Assembly (NCBI GenBank): GCA_041736805.1
Contig: JBGSSW010000008.1
Location: 2,897-66,896 of the forward strand
Direction: 5' to 3'
DNA length: 64,000 nucleotides
Source of the DNA: Minisyncoccia bacterium
GTDB lineage: Bacteria; Patescibacteriota; Minisyncoccia; Phycocordibacterales; UBA918
In this document: positions 1-8,153 of the stretch, one piece after another
How positions within the stretch are numbered: position 1 is the first letter of the stretch
Layout: every line of letters begins with the position of its first letter
Notes under the pieces: generated by a model
Database searches by the model: none
Told to the model about the DNA's origin: nothing
Seen by the model: only the letters and a program-made list of their open reading frames with translations
Program-made: the position numbers and the translations under genes

Positions 1-145
1 AGAAGTCCTAGTAAATAAAGGACAAAGAAAATTTCTATTCTAAAAGTGGATAAGCGAGTGTACAAGTGGATAAAGGACAAAATCTAAAGGACAAGCACGA
101 TTTTAAAGGCTTATTTTAAGCCGGCGAGTAACTTCCTAGTCTAAA

Positions 146-628
146 TTGTTTCACGTGAAACGTTTTAGACTAAAAACGTTAATTTGGGTAGACTGTGATG
201 ATATAATGTTACACATGGAACAATCTTCTGACAAAAAGAAGAATAATAAGTTAATTGGCCGCTACGGAGAAGAAATTGCCGTTAAATACCTTAAAAATAA
301 AGGTTTTGAGATTTTAGATAGAAATTACCTTAAGAGGTGGGGTGAAATTGACATTGTTGCACGTAGAACGGACAGGATTCACTTTGTGGAGGTTAAAGCT
401 GTTTCCCATGAAACAAAAAATGACCTAAATGTGGCTGTTTCACGTGGTACTTGGCGTCCAGAGGAAAATGTCCATACGTATAAAATTAAAAAACTCTCTA
501 GAGCTATAGAATCATGGTTAATGGAGAAAAAATGGGAGGGAGATTGGCAGATTGATGTTGTGGCAGTTAGAATAGTTCCACGTGAAAAGTTTGCCACGGC
601 TAAATATATTCCCAACATAGTTCTATAG
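146..628 (+). CDS. yraN: YraN/UPF0102 family endonuclease-like protein (alternative ATG starts at 206 or 215)
   Basis: ORF track. Motifs GRYGEEIAVKYL..FEILDRNYL..GEIDIVA..VEVKA are typical of UPF0102. A tgatataat sequence at 199-207 overlaps the internal ATG. Confidence 0.6.
   Translation: MFHVKRFRLKTLIWVDCDDIMLHMEQSSDKKKNNKLIGRYGEEIAVKYLKNKGFEILDRNYLKRWGEIDIVARRTDRIHFVEVKAVSHETKNDLNVAVSRGTWRPEENVHTYKIKKLSRAIESWLMEKKWEGDWQIDVVAVRIVPREKFATAKYIPNIVL
196..207 (+). promoter_or_regulatory. extended -10 element (TGnTATAAT-like) directly before the internal yraN ATG
   Basis: tgatgatataat at 196-207; ATG at 206 and 215. Confidence 0.3.
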
Positions 629-741
629 AAGATTAAATCAAAACTACCTAATTTTGAGTTAATACTAAATTGGTTCTACATGAAACAGCTGAAAATGTAC
701 CACGTGAAACGTTTGATTATATCGCGCATGAGGTATAATAC

Positions 742-984
742 ATGTCTATGTATGAAGGTCATGATCGGCGACAAAAACAAACTTTTGAAAAAGAGACTAA
801 TTCTGTGTGGAGAACCATTGACATGCAATATCTAGATTCAAATGGAGCTAATCCTCACCGAAGCATAATCGAGTGCGACGGAAAGGTGCACAGAAGAACT
901 ATTATCAAACGAGATGGAACCCCTGTGTCTGTTGGAGATATTTTCCCTTGCGATGGGGTGCATAATCCAATTTTTGAAGATTAA
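742..984 (+). CDS. hypothetical protein
   Basis: ORF of 80 aa. tataat at 734-739 lies 2 nt before the ATG, so it is probably leaderless. Confidence 0.3.
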   Translation: MSMYEGHDRRQKQTFEKETNSVWRTIDMQYLDSNGANPHRSIIECDGKVHRRTIIKRDGTPVSVGDIFPCDGVHNPIFED

Positions 985-1031
985 ATCCGATTTTTATTAG
1001 CTTGGGCCACTTAGTTTTGCCGGCCAGCATT

Positions 1032-1059
1032 AAAAAACAACCCAAGTAGGTTGTTTTTT
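1032..1059. terminator. rho-independent terminator hairpin
   Basis: aaaaaacaaccc-aagta-ggttgtttttt. Confidence 0.45.
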
Positions 1060-1145
1060 AATTGAAAGTGGACGAGAGCTGTGCAGCTTCGCAGTCCACG
1101 AATCACTCCTTTCTGTTACGTTAGCCAAGTCTCTTAGACTGTGGC

Positions 1146-1295
1146 GATTCATTCTAGTAGTTTCGTTTTGTCCGAACTGAGTCGGGGAGCCGGGAATCGA
1201 ACCCGGACCACTCGGTCCCAAACCGAGTACACTACCACTATGCTACACCCCGACTCAATTAAGAATTGAAGCGAACGAAACTACTAGAATGAATC
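1146..1295. repeat. perfect 22-bp inverted repeat (gattcattctagtagtttcgtt / aacgaaactactagaatgaatc) flanking tRNA-Pro
   Basis: The arms at 1146-1167 and 1274-1295 are exact reverse complements. tRNA-Pro sits in the 106-nt spacer. Confidence 0.7.
1181..1254 (-). tRNA. tRNA-Pro (anticodon UGG)
   Basis: The reverse complement GTCGGGGTGTAGCATAGTGGTAGTGTACTCGGTTTGGGACCGAGTGGTCCGGGTTCGATTCCCGGCTCCCCGAC folds as a cloverleaf. The anticodon loop is TTTGGGA and the T-loop is GGTTCGATTCC. Confidence 0.85.
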
Positions 1296-1426
1296 CAAAT
1301 CGAGTAGCCTGCAACACAGCTAGACCGCGATTTGTAGCCACGATAATAGCATCCAAAACAAAAAAATGCGAGGCCTGAGTGCTTAATTATGTCTATCTTC
1401 GGAACGTGATATTATGGAAGTTAATC

Positions 1427-1858
1427 ATGAATGAAATTGTCGAGGAACACTTTGCTGGTAAGGTAGCTCAAAAAGCTGTTATTACCAAAGGAAGCTCTAT
1501 CTTGCTCATTCGTGACCCTAGAGAGGGAAGTGAGATTTGGGAATTACCCGGCGGGCGGTTGAATATTGGTGAAATTCCTCAAGACGGTTTAAGAAGAGAA
1601 ATTAAAGAAGAACTTGGGGTAGATGTCGAAGTCCACGAAGTGGTCCACTTACAACAATTTTTGCAGGGTAGTGAAGGAAAGAACGCTTTGATGATTGCTT
1701 ACCGAGTGACCTTAATAAACCCAGACTCAGAATTTATTTTAGATGAAAGAGAAATCGCTGAAGCAAGGTTTGTCCCACTAGAAGAGGCTTTGAATTACAA
1801 ACTTTTTCCCGAGTATAAAAAAACAATTGAGGTTTATTTGAAAATGAAACTCTATTAA
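1427..1858 (+). CDS. NUDIX hydrolase
   Basis: Nudix box GGRLNIGEIPQDGLRREIKEELGV (GX5EX7REUXEEXGU). The ATG at 1427 is preferred over the GTG at 1379. Confidence 0.75.
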   Translation: MNEIVEEHFAGKVAQKAVITKGSSILLIRDPREGSEIWELPGGRLNIGEIPQDGLRREIKEELGVDVEVHEVVHLQQFLQGSEGKNALMIAYRVTLINPDSEFILDEREIAEARFVPLEEALNYKLFPEYKKTIEVYLKMKLY

Positions 1859-1897
1859 AATGGAAATAACAACAAACTGGATTTATTATTGTAAATT

Positions 1898-2782
1898 ATG
1901 AATGAAAAGATAACAAAAGTTGAAAAAGAGAAAACCCAACTTGAGTTAAAAGAGAATAACTTTTGGGAAACTTTAGATGATCTTCCGACTGAATTGGCTA
2001 AAAAATGGGAATCTGCATATACCGAAGCTGAAGACATTGAGACATTCTTTGATGGTTTTGATGAGTTTTGTAAACTGAGGGCAAAAGTGTTTGAAGGTGA
2101 AATTGAATTGTACGGTGAAGTTAGTCCTGAGGTTATGGAAGAAATCAATTTAGTAAAAAAGGTTATTGACGAGACTTACGGAAATCCTGAATTTTTCCTG
2201 GGAAGTGGAAGGACAGCAAGAGTTTACATGTTACCCATAGCACCAAGTATCTGTGTTAAGTATATGTTTTATGAAAGTCCAGTAGATATCAGTATTGATG
2301 CTGAGGCAGATATTCTTTCTCGATTAAGGTCTTTTAAATCATCGTCCGGAATTAGGACTCCTATTCCTTATTTCAAACAAACTAAGTCGAAGGACAGGCA
2401 TTTTTATGGAATGGAGAAAATTAAAGGCAAAGATTTATTTCAAATAGTAAATTTTGCTAAACAAAATGAAAATTTGATTCGTATTGCAAAGACCCTTGAT
2501 AAGGATGTTGTGTTGAAGAAGTTGAAAAATTTTATTGACGAAGTATATGTTTCTTTTGGTATTACTCACGGTGATTTAAAGCAAAGCAATGTCATGATGG
2601 ACGAGGAGGCAAATTTTTATGTAATAGATTTTGGTAAAGGTGCAGTGGAGGAGGTTGGTGAAAATCATGAAGAGAGAGTCATAAATGACAAAACCACCCT
2701 CCAGCATGAGGTCCGGGAATTTTTTAAAGCGATTGACAAATTTGATTTAGATAGTATAAATAGTGTAGCCAATCCTGTTTAA
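1898..2782 (+). CDS. protein-kinase-like fold protein (putative Ser/Thr or small-molecule kinase)
   Basis: A catalytic-loop-like HGDLKQSNV (HxDLKxxN) is followed by a DFG motif (YVIDFGKG), as in ePK/aminoglycoside-phosphotransferase-like kinases. Confidence 0.4.
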   Translation: MNEKITKVEKEKTQLELKENNFWETLDDLPTELAKKWESAYTEAEDIETFFDGFDEFCKLRAKVFEGEIELYGEVSPEVMEEINLVKKVIDETYGNPEFFLGSGRTARVYMLPIAPSICVKYMFYESPVDISIDAEADILSRLRSFKSSSGIRTPIPYFKQTKSKDRHFYGMEKIKGKDLFQIVNFAKQNENLIRIAKTLDKDVVLKKLKNFIDEVYVSFGITHGDLKQSNVMMDEEANFYVIDFGKGAVEEVGENHEERVINDKTTLQHEVREFFKAIDKFDLDSINSVANPV

Positions 2783-2792
2783 GGAGTACAAC

Positions 2793-2978
2793 ATGCAAAT
2801 CGATCAGAAAATAATCGAGGAAGCAAACATTCTCCTTAGTCAAGGAAGTGTCACGCTGCCTCACCAGTTCCTTAGCTCGCCAAGTTTTTGGCTAGCCAAA
2901 GAGGATGACAGCCAAGTCATAGCTTTCTTTCCGTTCGAACACGGAGACCAGAGCTACAAAATTGGTGTCATGAAGTAA
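2793..2978 (+). CDS. small hypothetical protein
   Basis: ORF of 61 aa followed by a terminator. Confidence 0.25.
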   Translation: MQIDQKIIEEANILLSQGSVTLPHQFLSSPSFWLAKEDDSQVIAFFPFEHGDQSYKIGVMK

Positions 2979-2996
2979 CTAGCACGGTTTCCGTGC

Positions 2997-3028
2997 AAAC
3001 CCCTCATCCGTGAGGGGTTTAAACTTTT
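2997..3028. terminator. rho-independent terminator
   Basis: aaacccctca-tccg-tgaggggttt followed by aaactttt. Confidence 0.5.
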
Positions 3029-3060
3029 AAAATTTTGCATTTGCTGGTGAGTAGGGCACA

Positions 3061-3993
3061 ATGGGGGCGATGATCACTTACTACTACAGAGACTTAAAAG
3101 ATGAAAATTTAGTTGAGATAAGTTCTCCTGCAGCTGGAGTTTGGGTTAATGCTATTAATCCAACAGATGACGAGGTCAAAGAATTAATTAAAGACTTTTC
3201 TCTTGACGAAGATATTCTAGAGGACGCCAAGGACTTTTATGAGGTGCCCCGTTTAGAAAGGTCTGGTGGAGCAACTTATTTTTTCACTCGTTACCCTCAA
3301 TACGACCAGTACCAAGACAACACCACCGCTCCTTTGTTGATAATAGTGGGGGAGAGCTTCATCGTTACTTTTGCAGTCCGGGAAAATAATCTCTTTAAGA
3401 AAATCATCCAAGGCGATGAAATAGTAGAAACCACTCAAAAAGCTAAGTTTTTTGGTCAAATCATGGATATTATTACCGATTCGTTTGATAAAGAACTATT
3501 GCGACTTAGAAAGGCCGTGCACAAGGATAGGGTTCGTTTGCAGAGTATTGGTACTCGCGAGATTGAACGCTTGGTGAGCTATGAAACAACTTTAAACAGT
3601 ATGATTGACGCCCTCATTCCAACTAATACTTGGCTGCAACAAGTGACCACCGGCAATTACATGCAACTGTTCAATGAAGATTTAGAAAATATGCAAGACT
3701 TAGTAATTGCTAATAGTCAGGTGGTAAATTCGGCAAGATCAGTGCTTAAGACTATCCAAAATATTCGTGGAGCCATTGAAGCTATTATGACTAGTCGACT
3801 TAATAACGCGCTTAGAATCCTAACGGTTTTGACTATTTTACTAACCGTTCCTTTAGTCATCGCTTCACTATACGGGATGAATGTTAAGCTACCTTTCCAA
3901 GAGGGAAGCCACACCTTCTACTTTATTTTATTGCTCAATGTAGTGATTTTAGGGGCCTTAATTGTTGTCTTTAGAAAGAATCAGTGGTTTTAG
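3061..3993 (+). CDS. corA: CorA family magnesium/cobalt transporter
   Basis: A YGMNV (GMN) motif precedes two C-terminal TM helices. Overall length and organisation match CorA. Confidence 0.8.
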   Translation: MGAMITYYYRDLKDENLVEISSPAAGVWVNAINPTDDEVKELIKDFSLDEDILEDAKDFYEVPRLERSGGATYFFTRYPQYDQYQDNTTAPLLIIVGESFIVTFAVRENNLFKKIIQGDEIVETTQKAKFFGQIMDIITDSFDKELLRLRKAVHKDRVRLQSIGTREIERLVSYETTLNSMIDALIPTNTWLQQVTTGNYMQLFNEDLENMQDLVIANSQVVNSARSVLKTIQNIRGAIEAIMTSRLNNALRILTVLTILLTVPLVIASLYGMNVKLPFQEGSHTFYFILLLNVVILGALIVVFRKNQWF

Positions 3994-4020
3994 GTTTTTG
4001 ATTTGGGTTTAAGAAGAGGT

Positions 4021-4059
4021 AACAAAACAGCCGCGAGCTTAGCTCGCGGCTGTTTTGTT
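4021..4059. terminator. bidirectional rho-independent terminator between corA and the trmB-like gene
   Basis: aacaaaacagccgcgagc-tt-agctcgcggctgttttgtt. Confidence 0.65.
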
Positions 4060-4075
4060 AATAGAGATCATTTTC

Positions 4076-4879
4076 CTACTTTTTTAGTTTAAGCTTTTTA
4101 GGTTCATCAAATTCACCCTTGGTCTTCTCCCAGAGTAAATCATGTATTTCGCGCAGGGCCTTGGCTAATTCGTAGCTTTCAATGATTAGTACTTGCTTTG
4201 ATTTCATGATGCAGATACGTACACCCCATTCAAATGACTCAATGGAACAATCGGCACTATAGAGCGTTTCAGGCAGAAACTTGGCTCGTATCAAACCCTT
4301 TCCGTAGTCGTCGGTGCCGGTGAGGAAACGCGAATAGTCCTTCGTAAGTTTGTCGTCGTCGACGGTATAGCCACGAACACTAATATCGTATTTCACTTTA
4401 TTTTCATTCCAAGGAATAAACACTTCGTCAGTGTATACCTGGTCAATTTCGTCGGCTCGTGCAAAAAAGCCAACGATTTCTTTCCCTTTAAAATCTTTAA
4501 TTTTGTATTCGTACGCCTGCTTCATGCCCTCAATACCTTCAAAATACAACACATTAGGTTTCTCACTTTGTTTACGTTGGAGGGCATTTAGCTCGGGGAT
4601 TACTTTTCGCGCTTCGCGGACTCTCGCCTCGACATCTTCAATGTAGCTTTCGGGGGAACGAGCAATATATTGTCGCTTCTTCTCACCAGTCATTTGCACA
4701 ATTAGTCCTTTCTCGACTAGTTCTTCAGCAATTACATACGCCGTCGGACGCTTGAGGCGCGAACGCTTAGCAATTTTGTATGGGGTAGAAGGGCCGAGTT
4801 CAAGCAAGGCTAAATACACCCGAGCTTCCTTTTCAGTCAGGTTAAGTTTACGTAGCTCTTTAATAAGTTTTTCTGACAT
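4076..4879 (-). CDS. TrmB family transcriptional regulator
   Basis: N-terminal winged HTH, LTEKEARVYLALLELGPSTPYKIAKRSRLKRPTAYVIAEELVEKGLI, typical of TrmB. Confidence 0.7.
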   Translation of the reverse strand: MSEKLIKELRKLNLTEKEARVYLALLELGPSTPYKIAKRSRLKRPTAYVIAEELVEKGLIVQMTGEKKRQYIARSPESYIEDVEARVREARKVIPELNALQRKQSEKPNVLYFEGIEGMKQAYEYKIKDFKGKEIVGFFARADEIDQVYTDEVFIPWNENKVKYDISVRGYTVDDDKLTKDYSRFLTGTDDYGKGLIRAKFLPETLYSADCSIESFEWGVRICIMKSKQVLIIESYELAKALREIHDLLWEKTKGEFDEPKKLKLKK

Positions 4880-5015
4880 AATAGCTATTTTATACTTATT
4901 TTAAATTTAGTCAATAATTCTGACAAATATAAGCAGTAAATAATAAGTATGGCTTAAATAAAGGCTCCTTAGCCTAAATAAGGGTAATAATAAAGGATGT
5001 ATATAGACAGCATTA

Positions 5016-5044
5016 TTGACAATAAGTAAAGTGTGGTGTATTAT
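5016..5044 (+). promoter_or_regulatory. sigma70-like promoter (TTGACA-17-TATTAT) for the 5101 gene
   Basis: ttgaca at 5016-5021, a 17-nt spacer and tattat at 5039-5044. An aagga RBS lies before the ATG at 5101. Confidence 0.45.
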
Positions 5045-5100
5045 ATTCCGCAGAAGATAAGCAATACCGCTTACTACGACTGAACCTTGAAGGAACGATT

Positions 5101-5502
5101 ATGTGCACGAATTGCATCCGCATCCTTATGATGAATGGTAAAGATTGGATGAGTGACCGCGCTCTTTGCATCGCTGAGTCGCTCCGCAAAAAGGAGCAGC
5201 GAAGTCTCGAGTCACTTTCGGGGATCACTGCGGGGGAAACTATCGGACTGTATATTGGGCAATCAGATTGGGGTGATATATATCGACACGAGGAGCTCTT
5301 GCGTGAGATCGCAACTGAAATCATCAAGCGCGGCGCCACTCCAGTATGGGTAACGTGCCACGAGGGTTGCTTCACAAAAAGTGAGGAAAAAGTTGAGCTT
5401 GCCGACAAACTTAACCTCATGGTTGTGGTGCGCGACTCCGATCCGAGAAAAGTGAAGAGTATTGAAAGCTGGAAAGTGATTCGCAATCAAATGCTCTTCT
5501 GA
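5101..5502 (+). CDS. hypothetical protein (GC-rich ORF)
   Basis: ORF of 133 aa with promoter and RBS. Local GC is about 52% against 40% background. Confidence 0.45.
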   Translation: MCTNCIRILMMNGKDWMSDRALCIAESLRKKEQRSLESLSGITAGETIGLYIGQSDWGDIYRHEELLREIATEIIKRGATPVWVTCHEGCFTKSEEKVELADKLNLMVVVRDSDPRKVKSIESWKVIRNQMLF

Positions 5503-5526
5503 CGAACTTTGGATAAGTGTGCTCAC

Positions 5527-5578
5527 ACACTTTTCCACTTTATAAAGATTTTGAAAACAATTCGAAATCTTTTAGAGA
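5527..5578. repeat. conserved 3' module, copy 1: hairpin aagattttgaa-aacaa-ttcgaaatctt plus U-rich tail (terminator-like)
   Basis: About 50 nt are near-identical to 6346-6398, with an imperfect 11-bp stem. Confidence 0.6.
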
Positions 5579-5623
5579 TTTTGTTCCTTTCATTCCAATC
5601 ATTTTTCAACCAAGGAGAAAGTT

Positions 5624-6313
5624 ATGACCAAGACCACTCATCATATTGCCTTCCGTGCTAACGGTCTCTATGAAGAAATTGTTACGCAGGCGATGCAGGG
5701 CCTCGATATAGAGGTGACGGTTTTCCCACAAGGCGAAGAAGTCATCCGTAATCAGCTCAAGCACTTGAATGAGGTCTGTATAGAAAACCTTTGGATTGAC
5801 GGTACCGTAGCCAGGGCTTGCGGTTCAGATTACGGTAGTCTGGATCAGATTATCGCTTCTGCATACTGCGAATCGCTCGGTGTTGCGACAAGTGTCGAAC
5901 TTACGGCGAGGCTTCTCGGAATGGTGGCAAAGAAATTCTCTCCTTCCAAAGTCTGGCTGGTTTCGCGAAATATCGACGACCATCCAGTTGGTGAAAAGAA
6001 GGATGATCGAGGTATCACCTGCTGGGAAACTAACGGGTCAGACTTCTACGCCAAACTCATCGAGCAGGTGACAGGGCTGGCTCCGGTAGCTAACAGTTGC
6101 TTCGATAGCTTCATTAAAGCTACAGAGTCCGAGTGGGTCATCGTCGATCGGCATGCCTTTGGGTGGGTAGATATCCAAGGTGGTCTCACTCTCGTGGTTC
6201 CGCCTGAGAACCTGGCTCGAAGCGTTGCTTTGCTTGGCCTCATTGGTCAAGATGAAAGCGATGCCTGGAAGCAGGCCGCAGTTGAGAAGCTGCGCAAGAA
6301 GTTGATTGGCTGA
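5624..6313 (+). CDS. hypothetical protein (GC-rich ORF)
   Basis: ORF of 229 aa with RBS aaggaga. GC about 52%. Confidence 0.45.
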   Translation: MTKTTHHIAFRANGLYEEIVTQAMQGLDIEVTVFPQGEEVIRNQLKHLNEVCIENLWIDGTVARACGSDYGSLDQIIASAYCESLGVATSVELTARLLGMVAKKFSPSKVWLVSRNIDDHPVGEKKDDRGITCWETNGSDFYAKLIEQVTGLAPVANSCFDSFIKATESEWVIVDRHAFGWVDIQGGLTLVVPPENLARSVALLGLIGQDESDAWKQAAVEKLRKKLIG

Positions 6314-6345
6314 CCAATCGTCAGTTTGGAGAAAGAATACAACAA

Positions 6346-6398
6346 CAAACTTTCTCCACTTTATAAAGGTTTTGAAGCAATTCGAAATCTTTTAGAGA
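6346..6398. repeat. conserved 3' module, copy 2 (terminator-like hairpin aaggttttgaa-gcaa-ttcgaaatctt)
   Basis: Near-identical to 5527-5578, including the flanking ccactttataaag. Confidence 0.6.
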
Positions 6399-6865
6399 AA
6401 AGTTCTTTGAAACGAAAAGTGCAGTGTTTTTCCAACTAAGTTTTAGGATCGAGTGAGTAATGCATACCTCGCTCTATCTTAAAACTTAGGCTCCCCACGT
6501 GAACGGCCCACTTTGGGTACGACGTCGGGGTGAGGAGACATCATGTTCTATATTATCCTCTCTTACCACCACGAGGAATTGTTCGATCCCGATCATAATG
6601 GGCGTCGACGCTACTGTAGCGTGGACGGTAAATATTTGCACATTGCTCCTACAAAGGAGGAACTGTGCTCACGGCCCAACTGGGTTGGGACAGCCTGCTC
6701 ATGTGTTGCAGCAAGTTCAAGAATTCCCTGAAAAGGGATTCTTGAGCATTGTGCGCAACGAAGACTCATATTGAGTCTTCAGCCATGCTTTGGCGAGTTG
6801 GGTGTTTACTCCCTCGCCATCTTTATCAAGTTTCTGAAGTGATTTGGGAGTTTGTAGAGATAAAT

Positions 6866-7129
6866 TTACGAATACAGTTCACTATGTGAGCCGATGTGGG
6901 TAAAGATAACTGTGTCACTATCTATTTGTCGATATAGTACACGAATATCTGGTGAGACACTAAAGCTTTTGTAGCCTTGATATTTTCCTTGTAATGAATG
7001 AATCCTTAATACCGGGTCGGTATCATTGGCAAGAAAAACATCGCGACGTTTTTGAAAAGCTTGTTGAGTAATTGCTGGGAGTTTTCTTATTTGCTTAACA
7101 AATCGTTTGTGTACGATGATTTGTTTCAT
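6866..7129 (-). CDS. RelE/ParE family type II toxin
   Basis: An 87-aa protein overlapping the upstream antitoxin gene by 4 nt. The C-terminus HSLQGKYQGYKSFSVSPDIRVLYRQID is RelE/YafQ-like. Confidence 0.55.
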   Translation of the reverse strand: MKQIIVHKRFVKQIRKLPAITQQAFQKRRDVFLANDTDPVLRIHSLQGKYQGYKSFSVSPDIRVLYRQIDSDTVIFTHIGSHSELYS

Positions 7130-7132
7130 GAG

Positions 7133-7417
7133 TTAGTCTTTAAGACCAAAAAGGTATTTGTCCATTTCTTCGGCATTACTAAAAGCTGGAGACAAATTTT
7201 TTCCTTCTTTTATATCTTTCTCAACCTCTTCTAGTACGCCTTCTAAATATGGAGTCATTTGATAGGCGGCGCTAAAGCTTACTGAACGAGTTCTAATGAA
7301 CTGTTTAAGAGAAGCTGTTACCAAGGCGGAAAGAGTAAAACCAAGCTCCTTGGCCAGTTTCTGGGCTTCTTCTTTGACTTTTTTATCAGTTTTAATGTTG
7401 ATCATTGTTGTCTTCAT
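7133..7417 (-). CDS. RelB/DinJ family antitoxin
   Basis: A 94-aa protein with N-terminal RHH-like INIKTDKKVKEEAQKLAKELGFTLSALVTASLKQFI, immediately upstream of the toxin gene. Confidence 0.5.
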   Translation of the reverse strand: MKTTMINIKTDKKVKEEAQKLAKELGFTLSALVTASLKQFIRTRSVSFSAAYQMTPYLEGVLEEVEKDIKEGKNLSPAFSNAEEMDKYLFGLKD

Positions 7418-7482
7418 ATCTAAAGTATATACGTTGGATTGATGACGTCAAGTTCTGTTTTGGATTATGCTACTATGAGTCT

Positions 7483-8094
7483 ATGAAAAAGCAGGTTTTT
7501 TATATTCATGGGGGAGATTCTTTTTCTATGCAGGAGGATTTTTTGCAGTATTTGCAGAAAGTCCCTGTTAGACCACTGCCTGGGGACGAGACCTTTTTTC
7601 GTTGGACACAGACTATGGTTGAGTTGGGCGAGGAGTATGAGGTGTTTATGCCGAGTATGCCCAATAAGCAAAATGCAGATTATGAAGAGTGGAAGATTTG
7701 GTTTGAAAGACATTTTGAATACCTACGAGACGAGGTGATTTTGGTGGGTTGGTCGCTTGGGGGGATGTTCTTGGCTAAGTATTTAAGTGAAAATACCCTG
7801 CCTTTTAAAGTCAGCTCGCTGATGCTTTTGGCTGCACCCTGTGGAACCTTTGCTGACGAGCAAGGTAATGATTGCGGCTCTTTCCAGTTTAATCCCGAAA
7901 TACTGGCAAAATTGCCGGAAAGAGCCAGTAAAATAGCCATTTTCCACTCCGAAGACGACTTTGTCGTGCCTTACCAACACGCTCTTGAGTTTAAAAAACA
8001 CCTACCGGAGGCCGAGTTTATGAGTTTTACCGATAAAAACCACTTTTTAATCCCCGAATTTTCCGAATTATTAACTAAAATAAGGGAAAACTAG
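7483..8094 (+). CDS. alpha/beta hydrolase (RBBP9/YdeN-like serine hydrolase)
   Basis: A GWSLGG nucleophile elbow and FYIHGG near the N-terminus. The ATG at 7483 is preferred over the TTG at 7405. Confidence 0.6.
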   Translation: MKKQVFYIHGGDSFSMQEDFLQYLQKVPVRPLPGDETFFRWTQTMVELGEEYEVFMPSMPNKQNADYEEWKIWFERHFEYLRDEVILVGWSLGGMFLAKYLSENTLPFKVSSLMLLAAPCGTFADEQGNDCGSFQFNPEILAKLPERASKIAIFHSEDDFVVPYQHALEFKKHLPEAEFMSFTDKNHFLIPEFSELLTKIREN

Positions 8095-8153
8095 CTTTTG
8101 CGACTGTAAGAATTCGTTAAACTGTGCGTCTACGTATATAATGGTTTTCACAT

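Noticed and set aside
1030-1221. 63-aa minus-strand ORF
   Set aside because: It overlaps tRNA-Pro (1181-1254) completely on the same strand and begins with TTG, so it is an artefact of the tRNA sequence.
5013-5538. Minus-strand ORFs (157 and 91 aa) overlapping the 5101 gene
   Set aside because: GC-rich regions produce long antisense ORFs. The plus-strand gene has a promoter and an RBS, and the minus-strand ones do not.
6499-6774. 91-aa ORF in the GC-rich block downstream of the cassette-like genes
   Set aside because: It overlaps an alternative 62-aa ORF that has a better RBS, and has no start context itself. The region is more likely structured noncoding or degraded. It is mentioned inside the cassette finding only.
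7405-7482. TTG-initiated N-terminal extension of the alpha/beta hydrolase
   Set aside because: The extension overlaps the antitoxin gene start region and has no RBS. An ATG at 7483 directly precedes the conserved FYIHGG N-terminus.
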